From assembly GCF_009914755.1 (NCBI RefSeq), contig NC_060935.1: a DNA stretch of 64,000 nt. One strand, given 5' to 3'. Origin of the DNA: the human T2T-CHM13v2.0 reference genome, Homo sapiens. Below are positions 60,010 to 64,000 of this stretch, piece after piece (position 1 is the stretch's first letter; every line of letters starts with the position of its first letter). The notes below the pieces were generated by a model that worked only from the letters and a program-made list of their open reading frames with translations, searched no databases and was not told the DNA's origin. A program made the translations under genes and the position numbers.

Positions 60010-62192
60010 TAAAGAGTTTTTTGGTGGAGTCTTTAGGTTTTTCTGTTTAAAAGTATAAGATTATGTCATCTGCAAAGTGAGACAATTTGACTTCCTCTTG
60101 TCTAGTTTGGATGCCTTTTATTTCTTTATCTTGTCTGATCACTCTGGCTTGGATGTCCCATACTGTGTTGAATAAGAGTGGTGAAAGTGGGCATCCTTGT
60201 CTTGTTCCAGTTCTCAGAGGAATAGCTTTTCAATTTTTCCCAGTGAGTAGGTTGTTAGCTGTAGATTAGTCATATATGCCTTTTCTTATGTTGAAGTGTT
60301 CCTTCTATGCCTAATTTGTTGAGAGTTTTCATCATGAAGGAATGGTAAGTTTTACCGAGTGATTTTTCTGCATCTGCTGAGATGATCAGATAGTTTTTGC
60401 CTTTCATCTTGTTGATGTGATGTATCACATGCATTGATTTTGTGTATGTTGAGCCATCTTTGCATTCCTGGTATAAATCCCACTTGATCATGGTATATTA
60501 TCTTTTTCATTCATCATTAGATTTGGCTTGGTAGTATTATGCTGAGAATTTTTCCATCTGTGTTCATTAGGAATATTGGCCTGTAGTTTTCTCTTTCTGT
60601 TGTGTCCTTGTCTTGATTGGATATCAGGGTAATGCTGGCCTTATACAATGAGTTAGGAAGAATTCCCTCCTCTTCAATTTTTGGGAATAGTTTGAGAAGA
60701 ATTGGTGTTTGTTTTTCTTTATAAACTGGGTAGAAATCAGCATAAAACCCTAGTCTAGGGCTTTTCTCTTTGGGGAGACATTTTGTTACTGATTCAAACC
60801 TGCTATTCATTTTGAGTCAGTTCAGGTTTTCTGTTTCTTCCTAGTTCAATCTTGGTAGGCTGTGTATGTCTGGGAATTTATCCCTTTCCTCTAAGTTTTC
60901 CAATTTGTTAGGATATGGTTGTTCATAGTAGCCTCTAATCATCCTTTTTATTTCTTTGGTAACAGTTGTAATGTCTCCTTTTTCATTTCTGCTTGTATTT
61001 ATTTGGGTCTCCTTTCTTTCTTTCTTTTTTTTTTTTTTTTGGTTAGCCTCACTAGTGGTTTATCAATTTTGTTTAACTTTTCAAAAAAACAACTTTTGTC
61101 TTGTTGATTCTTTGCATTTCTTTTTTGTCTCTGTTGCATTTGGTTCTGCTGTTATTTTTTTTTTCTTTCTACTAATTGTGTGTTTGGTTTGTTCTTGCTT
61201 TTTGAGTTCCTTGAGGTGCATCATTAGATTGTTTATTTGAGATCTTTCTACTTTTTTGGTGTAGGCATTTATTGCTATAAACCTTCCTCCTAGTACTGCT
61301 TTTGCTGTATCCCATAGGTTTTGCATGATGTGTTTCCATTTTCTGTTTAAAAATTTTTTTTGATTTCCATCTTAATTTCTTCATTGACCCAATGATCATT
61401 CAATAGCACATTTAATGTCCATGTATTTGTACAGTTTCCAAATTTCTTCTTGTTATTGATTTCAAGTTTTATTCCATTGTGGTCTGAGAAGATACTTGAT
61501 ATGATTTTAACGTTTAAAATTTTGTTGAGCCTTGTTTTGTGTCCTAACATATGGTCTATCCTGGAGAATGTTCCATGTGTTGATGAGATGATTGTGTATT
61601 CTGCTGCTGCTGGATGAAATATTCTGAAAATATCTGTTAGGTCCATTTGGTCTAAAGTGCAGCTTAAATCTAATGTTTCTTTGTTGATTTTATGTCTAGA
61701 TGAACTATCCAATGCTGAAAGTAGGATATTGAAGTTCTCAACTATCATTGTATTGGACTCTATCTCTCCCTGTAGATTTAATAATATTTGCTATGTGTGT
61801 CTGGATGCACTTGTGTTGGTTGCATGCATATTTAGAATTGTTATATTTTGTTGCTGAGTTTATCCCTTTATTACCATATAATGACCTTCTTTGTCCTTTT
61901 TACAGTTTTTGACTTAAAGTCTGTTTTATCCGATGCAAGTTTAGCTACTCCTGATTACTTTGGATTTCTGTTTGTGTGGCATATCTTTTTCAATCCCTTC
62001 ACTTTCAGTCTGTGTGTGTCTTTACAAGTGAAGTGAGTTTCTTGTAGACGTTGTTGAGTCATTTTTTATCCATTAAGCCTGTCTCTATCTTTTAGGTAGG
62101 TAATTTAACACATATTCAAAGTTATTATTGATAGGTGAGAACTTATTCCTGTCATTTTGTTCATTGTTTTCTGGTTATTTTGTATATCCTTT

Positions 62193-62546
62193 TGATTTGG
62201 TTTGGCTGTGTCCCCACTCAGATCTCATCTTGAATTTCCATGTGTTGTGGGAGGGACCCAGTGGGAAGTAGTTAAATCATGGGGGCAGGTATTTTCCATG
62301 CTATTCTTTTGATAGTGAGTAAGTCTCATGAGATCTGATGGTTTTAAAAGGAGGAGTTTCCCTGCTCAAGCTCTCTCTTTGCCTGCTGCCATCCCTGTAA
62401 GATGTGACTTGTCTCTCCTTGACTTCTGCAATGATTTTGAAGCCTCCCCAGCAAAGTAGAACTGTAAGTCCATTAAACCTCTTTCTTTTGTAAATTTCCC
62501 AGTCTTGTATGTGTCTTTATCAGCCGTGTGAGAATGGACTAATATA
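62193..62546 (+). mobile_element. THE1 (MaLR) 5' LTR, THE1A-like
   Basis: TGATTTGGTTTGGCTGTGTCCCCAC...GAATGGACTAATATA, 354 bp. Confidence 0.88.
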
Positions 62547-64000
62547 GTAAATTGGTACCAGAAGTGAGGTGTTCCTAAAAGATACCTGTATATGTGTAAG
62601 TGATTTTGGAACTGGGAAACAGGCAGAGGTTGGAGGGCTCAGAAAGAGACAGGAAAATGTGGGAAAATTTGGAAGAGATTTCCTAGAGACTTGCCCAAAA
62701 TGCTGATGGTTATATGAACAATAAAGTCTAGGCTGAGATGGTCTCAGATGGAAATGAGGAACTTGCCAGGAACTGGCACAAAAGTGACTCCTGTTATGTT
62801 TTAGCAAAGAGACTGGTGGCATTTTGCCCCTGCTGTAGAGATTTGTGGAATTTTGAACTTGAGGGAGATGATTTATGTTATCTAGTAGAAGAAATTTCTA
62901 AGCAGCAAAGCATTCAAGAGATGACTTGGGTGCTGTTAAAGGCCCTCAGTTTTATAAGGGAAGCAGAGCATAAAAGTTTGGAAGATTTGCAGCCTGACAA
63001 TGCAATAGAAAAGAAAATCCCATTTTCTCAAGAAAAATTTGATCTGGCTGCAGAAGTTTGTTTAAGTAACGAGGAGTCAAATGTGAATCTCCAAGACAAT
63101 GGGGAAAATGTCTCCAGGGCATGTCACAGAGCTTCATGGCAGCCCCTCCCATCAAAGGCCCAGAGGCCTAGGAAGAAAAGATGGTTTTGTGGACTGGACC
63201 CAGGGCCCCCCTACTGTGAGCAGCCTCGGGTGCCTGAGTCTTAGCCACTCCAGCTGCAGCTAAAAGGAGCCAAGGTACAACGTGGGCTGTGGCTTCAGAG
63301 GGTGCAAGCCCCAAACCTTGGCAGCTTCCACATAGTGTTGAGCCTATGGGTGCATAGAAGTCAAAAATTGAGGGTTGGGAACTGCTGCCTAGACTTCAGA
63401 ATATGTATGGAAATGCCTAGTTGCAGGCAGGAGTTTGCTGCAGGGGCAGGGCACTCATGGAGAACGTCTACTAGGGCATTGCAGAAGGGAAATGTGGGGT
63501 CGGAGTGCCCACATAGAGTCCCTACTGCAGCATCACCTAGTGGAGCTGTGAGAAGAGGGCCACCATCCTCCAGACCCCAGAATGGTGGATTCACTGACAG
63601 ATTGCACTGTGTGTCTGGAAAAGCTGCAGACACTCAATGCCAACCCATGAAAGGAACCAGGAGGGGGTTTATACCCTACAAAGCCACAGGAATGGAGCTG
63701 TGGCCTTTTTTCTCCCAAGGTCATGGGAGCCCACCTCTTACATCAGCATGACCTGCATGTGAGACATGGAGTCAAAGGAGATCATTTTGGAGCTTTGAGA
63801 TTTGACTGCCCCACTGGATTTTGGGCTTGCATGGGGCCTGTAACCCCTTTGTTTTGGCAATTTATCCCATTTGGAATGACTGTGTTTACCCAATGCCTAT
63901 ACCCCCCATTGTATCTAGGAAGTAACTAACTTGTTTTTGATTTTACATGCTCATAGGCAGAAGGGATTTGCCTTGTCTCACATGAGACTTTGGACTGTGG
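62547..64000 (+). mobile_element. THE1 internal region (runs off the window)
   Basis: gtaaattggtaccag start; MaLR-int peptides LAKRLVAFCPCCRDLWNFELEGDDL, CPHRVPT..SGAVRRGPPSSRPQNG. Confidence 0.9.

Noticed and set aside
62738-63929. ORFs of 168 and 149 aa
   Set aside because: Decayed THE1 (MaLR) internal sequence.

Overview
Primate (human or great-ape) genomic DNA dominated by transposable elements: about 35 Alus, old L1s, MIR/L2, DNA-transposon MITEs, two HERV-K(HML-2) LTR5A elements, a solo LTR12C and a THE1 element. I find no intact protein-coding gene, RNA gene or CRISPR array, and almost every ORF in the supplied track is a repeat or GC-content artefact. The gene-derived pieces are three processed pseudogenes (VPS51, RPS24, RPS3A) and a CpG-island first exon at 18.3-18.7 kb. 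From memory, that exon matches the far-upstream first coding exon of RBFOX1 on 16p13.3, here with a +1 frameshift. This content fits the 16p13.3-related segmental duplicon (FAM86/ALG1L/OR7E family, with copies at e.g. 3q, 4p16, 8p23, 11p15/11q13, 12p13). I cannot tell the paralog or the species from sequence alone. The most notable structures are: (1) the duplicated RBFOX1-type promoter and exon with candidate downstream exons; (2) a VPS51 retrocopy that appears to come from an exon1-exon2-L1 spliced isoform; (3) a HERV-K remnant whose env is replaced by about 260 bp of non-viral DNA; (4) a 94-bp locally templated insertion inside an old L1; (5) an ancient twin-primed L1. The sequence does not support a wholly new biological system. 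All family and gene assignments come from recalled consensus sequences, not searches, and most repeat boundaries are approximate.
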